Below are positions 47,738 to 58,929 of a stretch of DNA of 64,000 nt, piece after piece. The first letter of the stretch is position 1. Every line of letters begins with the position of its first letter. The stretch is from Bythopirellula sp. (GTDB taxonomy: Bacteria > Planctomycetota > Planctomycetia > Pirellulales > Lacipirellulaceae): the NCBI GenBank assembly GCA_965216565.1, contig OZ244170.1:3072001-3136000 (forward strand), written 5' to 3'. The position numbers and the translations under genes are program-made. The notes beneath the pieces were generated by a model. That model was not told the origin of the DNA. It ran no database searches and worked only from the letters and a program-made list of their open reading frames with translations.

Positions 47738-48613
47738 CTACCTGGGCAGTGAGACCGACTGCAAGACGCGCTGGGCAGCCTCCGACTTATTCAGCACATA
47801 GTAGTGGATTCCAGCAACGCCTGAATCCAGCAATTCTTGGGTCTGCTGCGAAGCAAATTCGACGCCTACCTCGAATTGCCCCTGAGGATCATCGGCATAT
47901 TTCTCTAACTCTGCCAGCAGCGACTCCGGCAACTTTGCCGCACACAACGACGTGATCCGTTTGATCTGCTCGAGATTCGTAATCGGCAGCAATCCCGGAA
48001 CGATCGGAATATCGATTCCTAGCTGTTCGCAACGAGTGCGGAATTCGAAGAAATCTCGATTGTCGTAGAACAGCTGGGTAATCACGGCGTCAGCACCAGC
48101 GTCGACTTTGCGTTTGAGGTTTTTCAGGTCTTCCTCGAAATTTGGTGCCTCTTGGTGCTTTTCAGGATATCCTGCCACAGCGATACCCACACTGGGAAAT
48201 TCCGCTTTGACGAATGTCACCAACTCATTGGCAAAGTTGAATCCACCCTCGACAGATTGAAAGCTTGTTTCGCCCTGCGGAGGATCGCCTCGCAGGGCGA
48301 CGACATTATCCACGTTGGATTCAACCGCGCGTCGCAGGTAGTCTTTAATCTGTTCTGCGGAACGTCCCACGCAGGTTAGGTGGGTAGCAACAGGCACCCC
48401 AAAGTCTTTTCCCACCTTGGCAATTAGGTCTAAGGTTCGGTCCTGGGTCGACCCCCCTGCCCCGTAGGTGCAGGTAATGTAACTCGGCTGAAAATCAGCC
48501 AGGTGCTTTAAATGACCAAATAGGGCTGTCATCCCTTTCTCGGTCTTGGGGGGAAACAGCTCGAACGACAATCCGAATTTGCCCGGACCGTATGCTTCTG
48601 CGAGGGACGACAA
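47738..48613 (-). CDS. metF: 5,10-methylenetetrahydrofolate reductase
   Basis: SFELFPPK, TYGAGGS, HLTCV, ALRGDPP, AGYPEKH, ITQLFYD. Confidence 0.96.
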   Translation of the reverse strand: MSSLAEAYGPGKFGLSFELFPPKTEKGMTALFGHLKHLADFQPSYITCTYGAGGSTQDRTLDLIAKVGKDFGVPVATHLTCVGRSAEQIKDYLRRAVESNVDNVVALRGDPPQGETSFQSVEGGFNFANELVTFVKAEFPSVGIAVAGYPEKHQEAPNFEEDLKNLKRKVDAGADAVITQLFYDNRDFFEFRTRCEQLGIDIPIVPGLLPITNLEQIKRITSLCAAKLPESLLAELEKYADDPQGQFEVGVEFASQQTQELLDSGVAGIHYYVLNKSEAAQRVLQSVSLPR

Positions 48614-49096
48614 GTGCCTTTATCTCCTGAAAACTATTTACAAGACCGCTTGAGAAAACCTGTGTGAGGATAGGTTCTCAGAAACCAGATCTTTTTATAT
48701 CAATTCGTTACTCTAATACGCTTTAGGTCTAGGTGCGCGCTTCACGGTTCTGTTCGCTTCACTCTACGTAGAGAGTTGCCGTTCCGCAATGTTGCGACGC
48801 TGTCACTACCTATTGCGGGGTTAAATCCGACAAAGGTAGTGAAAATGGGAGATTTTCTCCGCCTGGCGAGTTCGTGCCTACACTATTTACGCAACTATAG
48901 GCCTAGAATCCCTTCTGAGCAGGCATCCCCAGATAGACCCAAATTCGTTATACTTTCGGGTCTAGAACTTCCAAGCCACGGGCCCTGAACCCGGGCCGAT
49001 TCATTCATAATCCATTAATTCGGCTGGAACATTCAGTTTCAATTGAATGAATGCTTTCAGAATATTCCTTCCGATTCAATCCAAAAGTAGAGCAAG

Positions 49097-51301
49097 ATGA
49101 GCCAAACTCAAACTCCGCCAGCCACTAACGAATCCGACTTCGAGAGTTGGACCGAGGTTACTCCCCAAGCATTGTATAGCAAGTGTATGACCCTTGCTCG
49201 AAATCTATGGTGGAGTTGGCATCCAGAGGTCGTCAACCTTTTTCGCGACTTAGACCCCGTTCGCTGGCGTCAGCTAGACCACAACCCTGTCGCCCTGCTG
49301 GGCGAGATGACGCCCGATCAGGTCTCGGAGCGTGCTTCGGAGATGGTACTCTACACGCGAATTAACCAGGCACATCGTCGATTGAAGGATTACTTGAAAA
49401 ACACGCAGACCACCTGGGGTGCGCGTAAGGCAGGTGTATTGGGATCGAAGCCGGTTGCCTACTTTTCTGCAGAATTCGGAATTCACGAGTCTGTACCAAT
49501 TTACTCTGGTGGTTTGGGAGTTCTTTCTGGCGACCATATCAAAAGCGCCAGCGGATTGGGTGTGCCACTAGTAGCGATTGGTCTGTTCTACGACCAAGGC
49601 TATTTCCGCCAGCGATTGGATACCGAAGGGTGGCAGCAAGAAGAGTATGTCGACACCAAAGTCGAAAATCTGGCCATGGAGCCCGCCCGCGACCCTGATG
49701 GCAAGCCAATCACCATCGAAATCGAGACCCGCGAAGGTTCTCTCAAGGCCAAGGTCTGGTTGATGCACGTGGGCCGCGTACCACTCTATTTGCTTGATTG
49801 CGACGTCGAAGGGAATCGTCCGGAAGACCGCGAGCTAACCTCGCGTCTGTATGGTGGAGATACCCGGACCCGTATTCGGCAAGAATTAGTCCTCGGCATC
49901 GGGGGCGTCAAAGCTTTGCGTGCCTTGAAAATCTACCCAGGTGTGTATCACCTGAACGAGGGGCACAGTGGCTTTGCACCTTTGGAGGTGATTCGCGAGA
50001 AGATGCAAGACGACGGCTTAACTTTCGAAGAAGCACTTCGGGAAGTCGCCAAATGCACCGTATTCACAACCCATACTCCAGTCCCTGCTGGCCACGATCG
50101 CTTCGATGGCAAACTTGTCGAAGAGCATCTAGGCCCCCTGCGGGAAAAGATCGGCATCTCCTACGACCAGCTTATGGGTTTAGGTCGGGTCGAACCTCAA
50201 AGCCAGGACGAAACCTTCTGCATGACCGTCATTGGGCTGAAACTGTCGCGTCGAGCCAACGCAGTGAGTTCGCTCCACGGACACGTTTCACGAAGAATGT
50301 GGGCTAATCTGTGGCCTTGGCGTGTGGAGGAAGAAGTACCAATTGGCCATATCACGAACGGAGTGCATGTCCCCACCTGGTTGGCCCATCCGATGCAGAT
50401 GCTGTATGACAAGTACCTGGGAATCGATTGGCAGCAGTATATGGGTAGCCCCAAGGTGTGGCAAAAAATCTACACCGTCGATCCCGGTGAATTGTGGGAA
50501 ACGCACAATGCGTTGAAGAGCCGACTATTGGAATTCGTCCGTCGTCGTTCGAGCCGTCAGTGCCGATTCCGCAACGAAGACGAGAATTCCGTACTGGCCG
50601 CGCGAAATGTCCTGGATCCCACAGCCCTGACGATTGGATTCGCACGCCGGTTTGCTACCTACAAACGAGCCAACCTGTTCCTAAAGGACCTCGATCGTTT
50701 TGCCATGCTCATGGAGGATTCGAATCGTCCGGTCCAGTTTATTTTCGCCGGGAAAGCACACCCAGCCGATGAGCCCGGCAAGAAGTTGATCCAAAGCATT
50801 GCCAACTTGCGACACGATCCGCGCTTTGCCGGCAAGATTGTCTTTATCGAAGATTACGACATGAACGTCGGTCGCCACCTTGTTCAGGGCGTGGACGTCT
50901 GGCTCAATAATCCCCGACGTCCTCTGGAAGCCTCTGGAACGAGCGGTCAGAAGGTGGTACTCAACGGTGGTTTGAACTGCTCCGTTCTCGACGGTTGGTG
51001 GGCCGAGGCTTACAACGGCATGAACGGTTTCGGTATTGGCAAGGGTTTCCAACATGCCGACGATACGATTGGCGACGCACGCGATGCCGACGATTTAATG
51101 GCGGTGCTCTCCGAGGAAGTCGTTCCACTGTTCTATGACCGCGACGCGGATGGGCTTCCCCGGCAGTGGATTCAACGCATGACCAATTCGATCGCCACCT
51201 TGGCAGCTCGATTTAGTGCCCATCGCATGGTGATGGACTATGTGGAGCACGGATATTTGGTAGCAGCCGGCGGACTAAGTTCCGACATGAGTGTCCGCTA
51301 A
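49097..51301 (+). CDS. glgP: Alpha-glucan phosphorylase
   Basis: YSGGLGVLSGD, HLNEGH, FARRFATYKR, EASGTSGQK. Confidence 0.96.
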   Translation: MSQTQTPPATNESDFESWTEVTPQALYSKCMTLARNLWWSWHPEVVNLFRDLDPVRWRQLDHNPVALLGEMTPDQVSERASEMVLYTRINQAHRRLKDYLKNTQTTWGARKAGVLGSKPVAYFSAEFGIHESVPIYSGGLGVLSGDHIKSASGLGVPLVAIGLFYDQGYFRQRLDTEGWQQEEYVDTKVENLAMEPARDPDGKPITIEIETREGSLKAKVWLMHVGRVPLYLLDCDVEGNRPEDRELTSRLYGGDTRTRIRQELVLGIGGVKALRALKIYPGVYHLNEGHSGFAPLEVIREKMQDDGLTFEEALREVAKCTVFTTHTPVPAGHDRFDGKLVEEHLGPLREKIGISYDQLMGLGRVEPQSQDETFCMTVIGLKLSRRANAVSSLHGHVSRRMWANLWPWRVEEEVPIGHITNGVHVPTWLAHPMQMLYDKYLGIDWQQYMGSPKVWQKIYTVDPGELWETHNALKSRLLEFVRRRSSRQCRFRNEDENSVLAARNVLDPTALTIGFARRFATYKRANLFLKDLDRFAMLMEDSNRPVQFIFAGKAHPADEPGKKLIQSIANLRHDPRFAGKIVFIEDYDMNVGRHLVQGVDVWLNNPRRPLEASGTSGQKVVLNGGLNCSVLDGWWAEAYNGMNGFGIGKGFQHADDTIGDARDADDLMAVLSEEVVPLFYDRDADGLPRQWIQRMTNSIATLAARFSAHRMVMDYVEHGYLVAAGGLSSDMSVR

Positions 51302-51418
51302 TTGTTGGTCCGCCTACCGACGCATTGCGGAACAACCCGCTCCGCTTTGTAGCCGAGCGGTCGGGAACAGGTACAATATGCTGTATCTTGCCCCGCTGTA
51401 GTTCAAAGAAACAAACGC

Positions 51419-52513
51419 ATGTGCGCCGCTACAATTACCGCTCCCGATAACTCGGCACTCGATGAACTGTGCGCAGAATTAGCGCAACTATCGCGAGAGA
51501 CGGACATCTCGGGAGATTGGCCCTCGGAACAACTCCGGCTGTGCGGCGAGTACGGCGTCTACGAGTGGTTCCTCGAGCCTCAATGGGGTGGCCAGAACTG
51601 GGCGGAAGATGCCATTGTCGAAGGCTATCTGGCATTGAGTAGCGCCTGCCTGACGACGACCTTTATCATCACGCAGCGCACCGGCGCCTGTCGGCGGATT
51701 GCGGGTTCGGAAAAGGACTCACTCAAAGAACTACTGCTGCCCGACTTGGCAAGTGGCGATTCCTTCGCCACCGTTGGCATATCTCACCTAACCACCAGTC
51801 GACGGCATTTGGCAAAGCCAGTTCTGCGGGCTCGTTCCATCGACGGCGGTTATGTGCTCGACGGATTTTCTCCCTGGGTAACGGGGGCTCCTTATGCCGA
51901 GCACATTGTGACGGGCGCAGTCCTGATGGACGGTGAAACCGCCACCGAAGAGCAGTTGCTGGTAGTTTTGCCCACCGACTTACCCGGGGTGAGCGTCCCG
52001 CCCCCAGAGCAACTAGTCGGCGTCTCCGCCAGCCATACTGGCCGAGTAGAATTAAAGAACGTCGAGATCGAAGATCGCTGGGTCCTTGCAGGACCGATGC
52101 AAAACGTGATGTCTAGTGGGATAGGAGCAGGTACAGGTGGATACCAAACTTCTACTCTAGCGCTAGGCCTGGCGAGGTCGGCCATCGATTTCATGGACGG
52201 CGAGGCCAACAAGCGCACTGATCTGGAAGTTCCACTGGAAGCATTGCGGCAAGACTACGACACGCTCCGCGAAGAGCTGTTTGCCACAGTGGCTGGAAGC
52301 CCCACCTGCAGTAGCGAAGAGCTCAGAAAGCGGGCCAACAGTTTGGTGTTGCGAGCCACCCAGAGTTCACTAGCCACGGCCAAGGGAACCGGCTATGTAT
52401 TGGGGCACCCAGCCGGACGCTGGTGCCGCGAGGCGCTATTTTTTCTGGTGTGGAGTTGCCCGCAACCCGTGTTGTCTGCCAATCTATGCGAATTAGCAGG
52501 ATTGACGGAGTAA
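51419..52513 (+). CDS. Acyl-CoA dehydrogenase family flavoprotein
   Basis: ACAD-like elements (YVLDGFSPWVTG, helical C-terminus); substrate unknown. Confidence 0.8.
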   Translation: MCAATITAPDNSALDELCAELAQLSRETDISGDWPSEQLRLCGEYGVYEWFLEPQWGGQNWAEDAIVEGYLALSSACLTTTFIITQRTGACRRIAGSEKDSLKELLLPDLASGDSFATVGISHLTTSRRHLAKPVLRARSIDGGYVLDGFSPWVTGAPYAEHIVTGAVLMDGETATEEQLLVVLPTDLPGVSVPPPEQLVGVSASHTGRVELKNVEIEDRWVLAGPMQNVMSSGIGAGTGGYQTSTLALGLARSAIDFMDGEANKRTDLEVPLEALRQDYDTLREELFATVAGSPTCSSEELRKRANSLVLRATQSSLATAKGTGYVLGHPAGRWCREALFFLVWSCPQPVLSANLCELAGLTE

Positions 52514-52555
52514 GCCGTAAGAGCCAAGACCCTATTTCCGACTTAGCTAAATTGT

Positions 52556-53221
52556 ATGACTAAAGAAACAGACCCTATTGTCGTTTGGCACGAACAAGCC
52601 GTTTCCCGTCAAGATCGCGCCCAACTCAACGATCATCAAGGGTGCGTTGTTTGGTTTACTGGGTTAAGCGGCTGCGGCAAAAGCACCGTGGCTAATCTGG
52701 TTGATTACAAGCTCCACGAACAGAAAGTCCGCAGCTATGTTCTGGACGGAGACAATGTCCGGCATGGGCTGAACGCGACCCCTCAATTGCTTGCCGAGAA
52801 CTATGGCGAGGAATTTGCTAAGCGATTCGGCTTGGGTTTTTCCCAGCAAGATCGGGAAGAGAATATCCGGCGCGTGGGTGCCGTGGCCGGGCTACTTTCT
52901 GATGCGGGATTGGTAACCTTAACGGCTTTTGTCAGCCCCTACCGAGCCGATCGCGATGCAGTGAGGCATTCGCTGCCGGAGGGCGATTTCTTCGAAGTAT
53001 TCGTCAACGCATCTCTAGAGACATGCGAATCGCGGGATCCTAAGGGGCTCTACAAGAAGGCGCGGGCAGGCGAGATAGCAAACTTTACTGGTCTAGATGC
53101 GCCCTACGAAGCTCCACAGAATGCGGAGCTTGTATTAGATGCCGATCAGCTGACGCCCGACAAACTGGCGGAGCAAGTTATCGAGATGCTCAAAGCCCGT
53201 GGAAAACTTGCTGCCAATTGA
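52556..53221 (+). CDS. cysC: Adenylyl-sulfate kinase
   Basis: [33 protein letters not shown]. Confidence 0.96.
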   Translation: MTKETDPIVVWHEQAVSRQDRAQLNDHQGCVVWFTGLSGCGKSTVANLVDYKLHEQKVRSYVLDGDNVRHGLNATPQLLAENYGEEFAKRFGLGFSQQDREENIRRVGAVAGLLSDAGLVTLTAFVSPYRADRDAVRHSLPEGDFFEVFVNASLETCESRDPKGLYKKARAGEIANFTGLDAPYEAPQNAELVLDADQLTPDKLAEQVIEMLKARGKLAAN

Positions 53222-53288
53222 GAGTTGCAACTTCGATTTACCCATGGATGAACGTTCGGAGACACAGATCAATTGTTTCCGTCAATTG

Positions 53289-53330
53289 TCTCAGCTACGT
53301 AAGTGGCTGTCATTCAGAGGCCTGCCGAGG
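53289..53330. repeat. CTGTCATTCCGAGG-type dispersed repeat
   Basis: tctcagctacgtaagtggctgtcattcagaggcctgccgagg; related copies at 25671-25711 and 61740-61781 (reverse). Confidence 0.7.
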
Positions 53331-53721
53331 GATCTAGCGAGACTCTTCCTCTGATTCCGATTGATAATTCGGCTCACTTCCGTACATCTCAATCTGAAAT
53401 CGCAGCAGGATTCAGCCAATTCGGTTAACCGCAGTCATAGAACCAAGACTCTCATGCGACACCGCAGCTAGCGGTGCTACCTCTCGCGGAGGCATTCACT
53501 CCCCTCGCCAGATTGATGTGCATCAGTTCCTGTTGACGCTTACTCGAGAATCGGCGTAGATTGAGGTTTCGGCAAAGTTTCGCAGTTTCCACCTTAGGAA
53601 GAAAAGGTCGGAGAGGTTGATTGGCAACTGGGGCAGTTGCGGATGGGCTACGAAGATGAACTGGGCTCTAACTACCTTGCCGGTAGGCGAATCGTTCCCA
53701 AGATTCACAAGGAGGTTAGAA

Positions 53722-54018
53722 ATGATCGATACCGTACAAAGTGGTTCATACGGGATCTGGAACGAGCCAGACTTTAAAGAGTCTAGACAGGAAAGCCCCG
53801 AAGTCTGCATCAAATCCATTGCTCGGATTGCCTCTAGAATCGAAGCACGAATTCCCGGAAGAATCCGAGGGCTCTCTGTCTCCTCTTCTGGCAGAGCGAT
53901 CGTGCTTAGTGGCACCTGTCACACTTATTATTCCAAGCAAATGGCACAGCACACAGCCCGCGGGCTGATGGAGCACGACCGGTTGATCAATAAAATCCGC
54001 GTGCTGCCTCCCAAGTAA
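53722..54018 (+). CDS. Small BON-like domain protein
   Basis: Start ATG 53722 after AGGAGG; IVLSGTCHTYYSKQMAQH..LINKIRV. Confidence 0.8.
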   Translation: MIDTVQSGSYGIWNEPDFKESRQESPEVCIKSIARIASRIEARIPGRIRGLSVSSSGRAIVLSGTCHTYYSKQMAQHTARGLMEHDRLINKIRVLPPK

Positions 54019-54020
54019 CC

Positions 54021-55145
54021 TTAGCTAGTAGGATCTGCTGCGGGCTCGCTGGCCGAGGATGAAATTTTCTCTGCCAATTCTAATACCAGTTGTTGTAACT
54101 CTTGTTCGCCGGTGTGAAATTCGAGCTCCACATCTAGTGCCCACAGCGGCGTATTTCCGAAGCTCGCGACTTGTAGCTTTACCAAGTCTTTTCTTGTACA
54201 TACAGCGAAGTCGGCTTCCTGAGCCCAAGCCCCAAGCTGTTCGACCTCTTCGCGTGTGAACTGATGATGATCTGGAAACTCTCTCCAGGCGACTATCTCC
54301 ACATCCAGTGATTTCAGCGTGTGCTTGAAGCCAGCAGGGTTTCCGATGGCGCAAAACGCAGCTACCCGCTTGCCTGCTAGTGCCTGCAATTGCTCAACGT
54401 CGCCGCGACAATTTCTCAGAGTTCGGGGAGCGTGACTAACCTCGCACCAGACAGCCTGCTTGGCGAGTTTGTTGACCCGCTCTCGCACTGCATCTCGACT
54501 TTCCCTATTCAGCATGTCGGCGCGACTCAGCACGACAGCGTCTGCCCGGGCTAAACCGGCTAGCGGTTCGCGGAGTGTACCGCGTGGGAAAACGTGCCCG
54601 AACCCGAAGGGTTCCGTAGCGTCTAGGAGAACGATGTCTAGATCCCGGTGAAGTTGCCGATGCTGGAAACCATCGTCGAGCACGATCAGTTGCGTCTCAA
54701 GTTCTTCGATGGCAATCTGCGCAGCTTGGATGCGATCCGCATTTTGCAGGTGAGGAACGTCGGGCAACGCCAGTTCGAGTTCGAGCGCCTCATCGTTGCG
54801 GCCATTCTGGCCTGCGCCGTATCCACGGCTGACGATCGAAACTCGGATAACGTGCCGTCTTAGAAGACGACACACCCACTGGACCATCGGTGTCTTCCCG
54901 GTTCCACCGAGTGAGAGGTTGCCCACACAAATGACGGGCACCTCGACGGTGGTCGATTCCGCAACTCCCGAGTTGAAACGTCGATTTCGCCAGTTCATGG
55001 CCAAGGCATAGGGCCATTCGCATAACCTCAACCCTAGCCGGAGCATCGTCGGTACGAATCCATGGCTGCGGCCGCTGACGATGTCTCGAAATGTACTAGG
55101 GTTAATCAAGCGAAGTTCCGTCGTCGTAGAAACAGGGTTTACCAT
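54021..55145 (-). CDS. lpxK: Tetraacyldisaccharide 4'-kinase
   Basis: VGNLSLGGTGKTP, SRGYG, LDDGFQH, PRGTLRE, FPDHH. Confidence 0.95.
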   Translation of the reverse strand: MVNPVSTTTELRLINPSTFRDIVSGRSHGFVPTMLRLGLRLCEWPYALAMNWRNRRFNSGVAESTTVEVPVICVGNLSLGGTGKTPMVQWVCRLLRRHVIRVSIVSRGYGAGQNGRNDEALELELALPDVPHLQNADRIQAAQIAIEELETQLIVLDDGFQHRQLHRDLDIVLLDATEPFGFGHVFPRGTLREPLAGLARADAVVLSRADMLNRESRDAVRERVNKLAKQAVWCEVSHAPRTLRNCRGDVEQLQALAGKRVAAFCAIGNPAGFKHTLKSLDVEIVAWREFPDHHQFTREEVEQLGAWAQEADFAVCTRKDLVKLQVASFGNTPLWALDVELEFHTGEQELQQLVLELAEKISSSASEPAADPTS

Positions 55146-55324
55146 GCTGTGAGCGTAATTTTCAGGATATTACGCCCGACAACCAGTCCAGGTGGCACAT
55201 TTCCGGGAGTACGAGCGTCTTATTTTTTGGCAAACGCCCTTATAATAGAAAAGCGTCTGAGATTAACGCCGTTTTGCCCCCAGGGCTGAACTGTCCCCAC
55301 CACTGACTGAACCGACAATTCCCT

Positions 55325-58300
55325 ATGGCAAGTGCCACCGAAACCCCGCAGCAACCGACATCCGTCGGAAATCCTGAGCGGACCGAACAGCGATTCGTCG
55401 ACGAGCAGATTCGACGTACCCGTCGGGCGCTGAAAATGGTCGATTTGGTCGCTGGCTGCATCACCTTGGTAATTGGGGTGCTTAGCTATCTGCTGACGAT
55501 GGCCGTGCTGGAACATTGGGTAGTGCCGGGCGGACTAAATCCGACGACTCGCGCAATGTTGCTCATTGTGCTAGTCGCCGGCGTGCTGTGGTACAGTTGG
55601 CGATATTTCTGGCCCCTCATGAGCCGCCCTATTAATCCGGTTTACGCGGCCCACACCATCGAGCAAGGAAGCCCCACGCTAAAAAACAGTTTGCTCAATC
55701 TGCTGTTGCTGCGAAGTCGGCGTCGGCAAATCTCGCGACAAGTCTACGAAGCCATTGAAACTCAGGCGGCACAACGATTGTCGCAAGCTCCTCTCGACTC
55801 GGCGGTCGATCGCTCTTCTATCTTGCGATTAGGTTATGTGCTCGTGGCGGTAGTGGCACTTTGCTCGCTCTATCGAATACTGTCGCCCAAAGATCCGCTT
55901 GCCTCAGCAGGCAGATTACTCATGCCTTGGGCGAATATCCCTGTGCCCAGTCGCGTGCAGATTTTGGATGTCCAGCCCGGCGATACATCCGTGGCGCGTG
56001 GCGAACAACTCACGATCTCCGCAGAAGTGCTTGGCAAAGGCGAAGAGGAGCCGGTGCGGTTGTTCTACTCCCAAGCGGACGGACAGATTTCAAACCAAGA
56101 AGTTCTGATGACCGGCGATGAAGCTGGTTTGCGATTCACAGCACAAGTCCCTGGTCGGATTGCATTGGGGAGTAGCGGTGGGATTCAGGGCGACTTGGTC
56201 TATCACCTTGAGGCCGGTGACGCACGATCACCCGACTTTCACGTTTCCGTGTTCTCACAACCCACACTCGTTGTGGAGAGAATTCGCTACGAGTACCCGC
56301 TGTACACTCGCTACCCACCTCGCGAGGAAGCTTTTACCGGCGACATCAGTGGGCTCGAAGGAACGATTGTCACCTTGTACGCCGTGGCCAATCAGCCGAT
56401 TGACAAGGCGCATGTGGATTTCGAGGCCGATGGTCGACACGACATACTGATGAACTCCGAAGAGCTGAGTGCTTCGGTTCGGTTTCCCTTGGAATTCAAA
56501 GAGGACCGTCGCACCCCAAAACACAAATCCTATGTCTTGCGGTACACGACAGACGAAGGCCGAACGAATCCTTCTCCACCCAAGTACCGTATTCACGTGG
56601 AGCGCGATCTCTCCCCCGAAATTGAGCTGATTGAACCCACCGAAGAATTGCTCGACGTCGGTTTGCAGGAGGAAGTATCGATCGGAGTTGAAGCCCGCGA
56701 CCCTGACTTCGCACTGCACAATTTGGCTGTTTTGGGAGAAGTTGCCGGCGAACGTGTGATGAAGGAATCGCTGTTGTCGACCGACCACACGGGGCGCTTC
56801 TCAGGCAAGCTAAAAATCGTGCCCGAAGAACTAGGCCTCCGTGAAGGCGATGTCATGGAATATTGGGCAGCGGCAGCTGATAACCGTCGGCCCGAACCGA
56901 ATCTCGCTTTTTCCGCACATCAAAAAATCCGAATCGTTGGCCCCGGCAAGCGCGAAGGCCTGCCGGATAACGAGCAGGAAAACCAACCCGGGGATGGGCA
57001 AGCGGGTGATAGCGCCGGAGAGAACGGCGAACAAGGCGAAGGCCAAGAGGGTGAGGGCCAAGAAGGCCAGTCGGGAGCTGGCGGCAACCAACAACAAGAC
57101 GGCGAGAGCCAACAGCAAGGTGAAGGCGGCCAGGGTCAACAACAAAATGGTGAGTCGGGAGAAGGAGAACAGCAGAGTCAGGGGGGCCAGTCCGGCGAAG
57201 GAGAAGGCGAATCTCAGGGAGAGAGCGGTGGACAATCGGAAGGCGAGGGATCCTCCGAAAGTCAGCAAGGCGCTCAGAACGGCGAAAGCTCCGATTCCAG
57301 TCCAAGTGATTCTCAAGGGGAACCTTCCGCAGGCAACGAACGCGTTTCTCCCGACGGCGACAACGACGGCGAAGCGTTTGATCGTATTGCCAAGCATTTG
57401 CAAGAAAAACAGGAAGAGGGACAAAACGGCGAGGGTTCGGAGTCTGGCGACGGCCAGCAGCAGCAATCTGGAGATAGCCAAGGTTCGGAAGGTGAGCAGT
57501 CTGACGGAGAGCAAGCGGACGGTGAGCGCGCCGACGGCGGGCAAGAGAAACCGGAAGAAAATCAAAACTCCGCAGGAGCTGAGCAGAACGCTGCCGAGCA
57601 ACAAGGAGAAGAATCGCAAGACCAGACCGCCGCAGGCGAAGGTGATTCGGATCAACAAGGCGAATCCGAGGGTGAAGGCGGAACCGAACAACAGGAACAA
57701 TCCGAGGGCGAAGGTTCCCAAGGAGAACCCTCACCCCAAGAACAGTCGGGTAGTGGCCAGCAAGGCAGTGAACAAGAACAAGGCGGCAACGAGCAAGGTG
57801 ATTCACCCGCCGCAGAAATGTCCCAGGAACAAGGCGAAGCGGGCGGTGGCGACAATCCTGGCGAAAACGAAGGAACTCCCAATTCTGACGGAGCCCAAAA
57901 ACCGAGTGATAAGAATTCCGAGACGGGTGCCGAATCTCCTACCAACGATCAAGAGGCATCGGCCGAATCGCAAAGCAAAAAAGAATCTGACTCGGAAGGA
58001 AGCCAAGGGGGTGACCGATCGGGTGGGGGCCAAGAAGGCGCAGGACAACAAGCCGATGAAGAAGGCACCGGTGCCGCGGGCGAAAACCAATCTGCCGAGG
58101 ATGGCGCGGGCCAGTCCTCGGAAACTGGCGAGGGCGAAACTGGTGAGAAGCCCGGCGGAGAGCAAACTGCCGAAGGCGAAACGGGAGAGTCCAGTGGAGA
58201 TCAGCCAGGCGAAGGCAGCGAACAAGGTGATCAAGCAGGCGCTAAGCCTGGCGAAGGAGAAAGCGAAGGCACTCCGAAACCCGGGGAGAGTCCAAGCGAT

Positions 58301-58783
58301 CCTTCCGAATCGTCCGGCGGAACACCCGAGGGTGGCGGCACCGGCAGCAACGATTCCTCCCCACCCCCTGGCGGCGAACTCGAACCAGCCGACGAAGCCA
58401 ACCTCGACTACGCTCGCAAGCAAACCGACCTAGTGCTTGATACTCTGGAAGAACAGCTGCGCAAGAAGCAAGTCGACGAGGAACTCTTAGAAAAGCTTGG
58501 CTGGACGGCTGACGAGCTAAAGAGATTTGTCGATCGCTGGAAGAATCTGAAAGACCAAGCTGCCGGTGGTGGGCCCAATGCCCAGCAAGCCCAAGACGAA
58601 CTCGACACGGCCCTACGCAGTTTAGGGATCGACCCGAATCGTCGCAGCGGCTTCAATTCTCGCAACGCCAAGGACAAGCTTCGCGATTTGCGCGAGTCGT
58701 TCCGAGGCCGCACTCCTCTAGAGTATCAAGAGTTAATGCGCAAGTATGTCAAAGGGACTGCTGGAGCAGATGACGAGGAGTAA
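55325..58783 (+). CDS. Large membrane-anchored protein with long acidic G/E/Q/S low-complexity region (DUF4175-like layout)
   Basis: Three TM segments, beta-rich middle region, roughly 480 aa disordered tract, helical C-terminus. Confidence 0.85.
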   Translation: MASATETPQQPTSVGNPERTEQRFVDEQIRRTRRALKMVDLVAGCITLVIGVLSYLLTMAVLEHWVVPGGLNPTTRAMLLIVLVAGVLWYSWRYFWPLMSRPINPVYAAHTIEQGSPTLKNSLLNLLLLRSRRRQISRQVYEAIETQAAQRLSQAPLDSAVDRSSILRLGYVLVAVVALCSLYRILSPKDPLASAGRLLMPWANIPVPSRVQILDVQPGDTSVARGEQLTISAEVLGKGEEEPVRLFYSQADGQISNQEVLMTGDEAGLRFTAQVPGRIALGSSGGIQGDLVYHLEAGDARSPDFHVSVFSQPTLVVERIRYEYPLYTRYPPREEAFTGDISGLEGTIVTLYAVANQPIDKAHVDFEADGRHDILMNSEELSASVRFPLEFKEDRRTPKHKSYVLRYTTDEGRTNPSPPKYRIHVERDLSPEIELIEPTEELLDVGLQEEVSIGVEARDPDFALHNLAVLGEVAGERVMKESLLSTDHTGRFSGKLKIVPEELGLREGDVMEYWAAAADNRRPEPNLAFSAHQKIRIVGPGKREGLPDNEQENQPGDGQAGDSAGENGEQGEGQEGEGQEGQSGAGGNQQQDGESQQQGEGGQGQQQNGESGEGEQQSQGGQSGEGEGESQGESGGQSEGEGSSESQQGAQNGESSDSSPSDSQGEPSAGNERVSPDGDNDGEAFDRIAKHLQEKQEEGQNGEGSESGDGQQQQSGDSQGSEGEQSDGEQADGERADGGQEKPEENQNSAGAEQNAAEQQGEESQDQTAAGEGDSDQQGESEGEGGTEQQEQSEGEGSQGEPSPQEQSGSGQQGSEQEQGGNEQGDSPAAEMSQEQGEAGGGDNPGENEGTPNSDGAQKPSDKNSETGAESPTNDQEASAESQSKKESDSEGSQGGDRSGGGQEGAGQQADEEGTGAAGENQSAEDGAGQSSETGEGETGEKPGGEQTAEGETGESSGDQPGEGSEQGDQAGAKPGEGESEGTPKPGESPSDPSESSGGTPEGGGTGSNDSSPPPGGELEPADEANLDYARKQTDLVLDTLEEQLRKKQVDEELLEKLGWTADELKRFVDRWKNLKDQAAGGGPNAQQAQDELDTALRSLGIDPNRRSGFNSRNAKDKLRDLRESFRGRTPLEYQELMRKYVKGTAGADDEE

Positions 58784-58929
58784 TTTTCTTTGACCTCGGA
58801 ACGATGCAAATTGAACCACTAAAGCTTGAGTACCGAAGGACACGCTAAGTCCCATTTCCCCCTTTGTGGACCTTTTTCCAAAGGGCCTAGGTGGCCTCGG
58901 CACACTCGGCCAACAAGTCCGTGGGGTGA

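Noticed and set aside
48614..48800. SAM riboswitch upstream of metF
   Set aside because: Only a simple hairpin (tgagaacct..aggttttctca); no recognisable SAM aptamer motifs
51419..53221. Acyl-CoA dehydrogenase-cysC as a dedicated organosulfur pathway
   Set aside because: Adjacency only; no sulfur transporter or other supporting genes
56831..58433. Long alternative-frame ORFs (530, 317, 296 aa)
   Set aside because: Shadow ORFs of the low-complexity region of 55325..58783; no motifs
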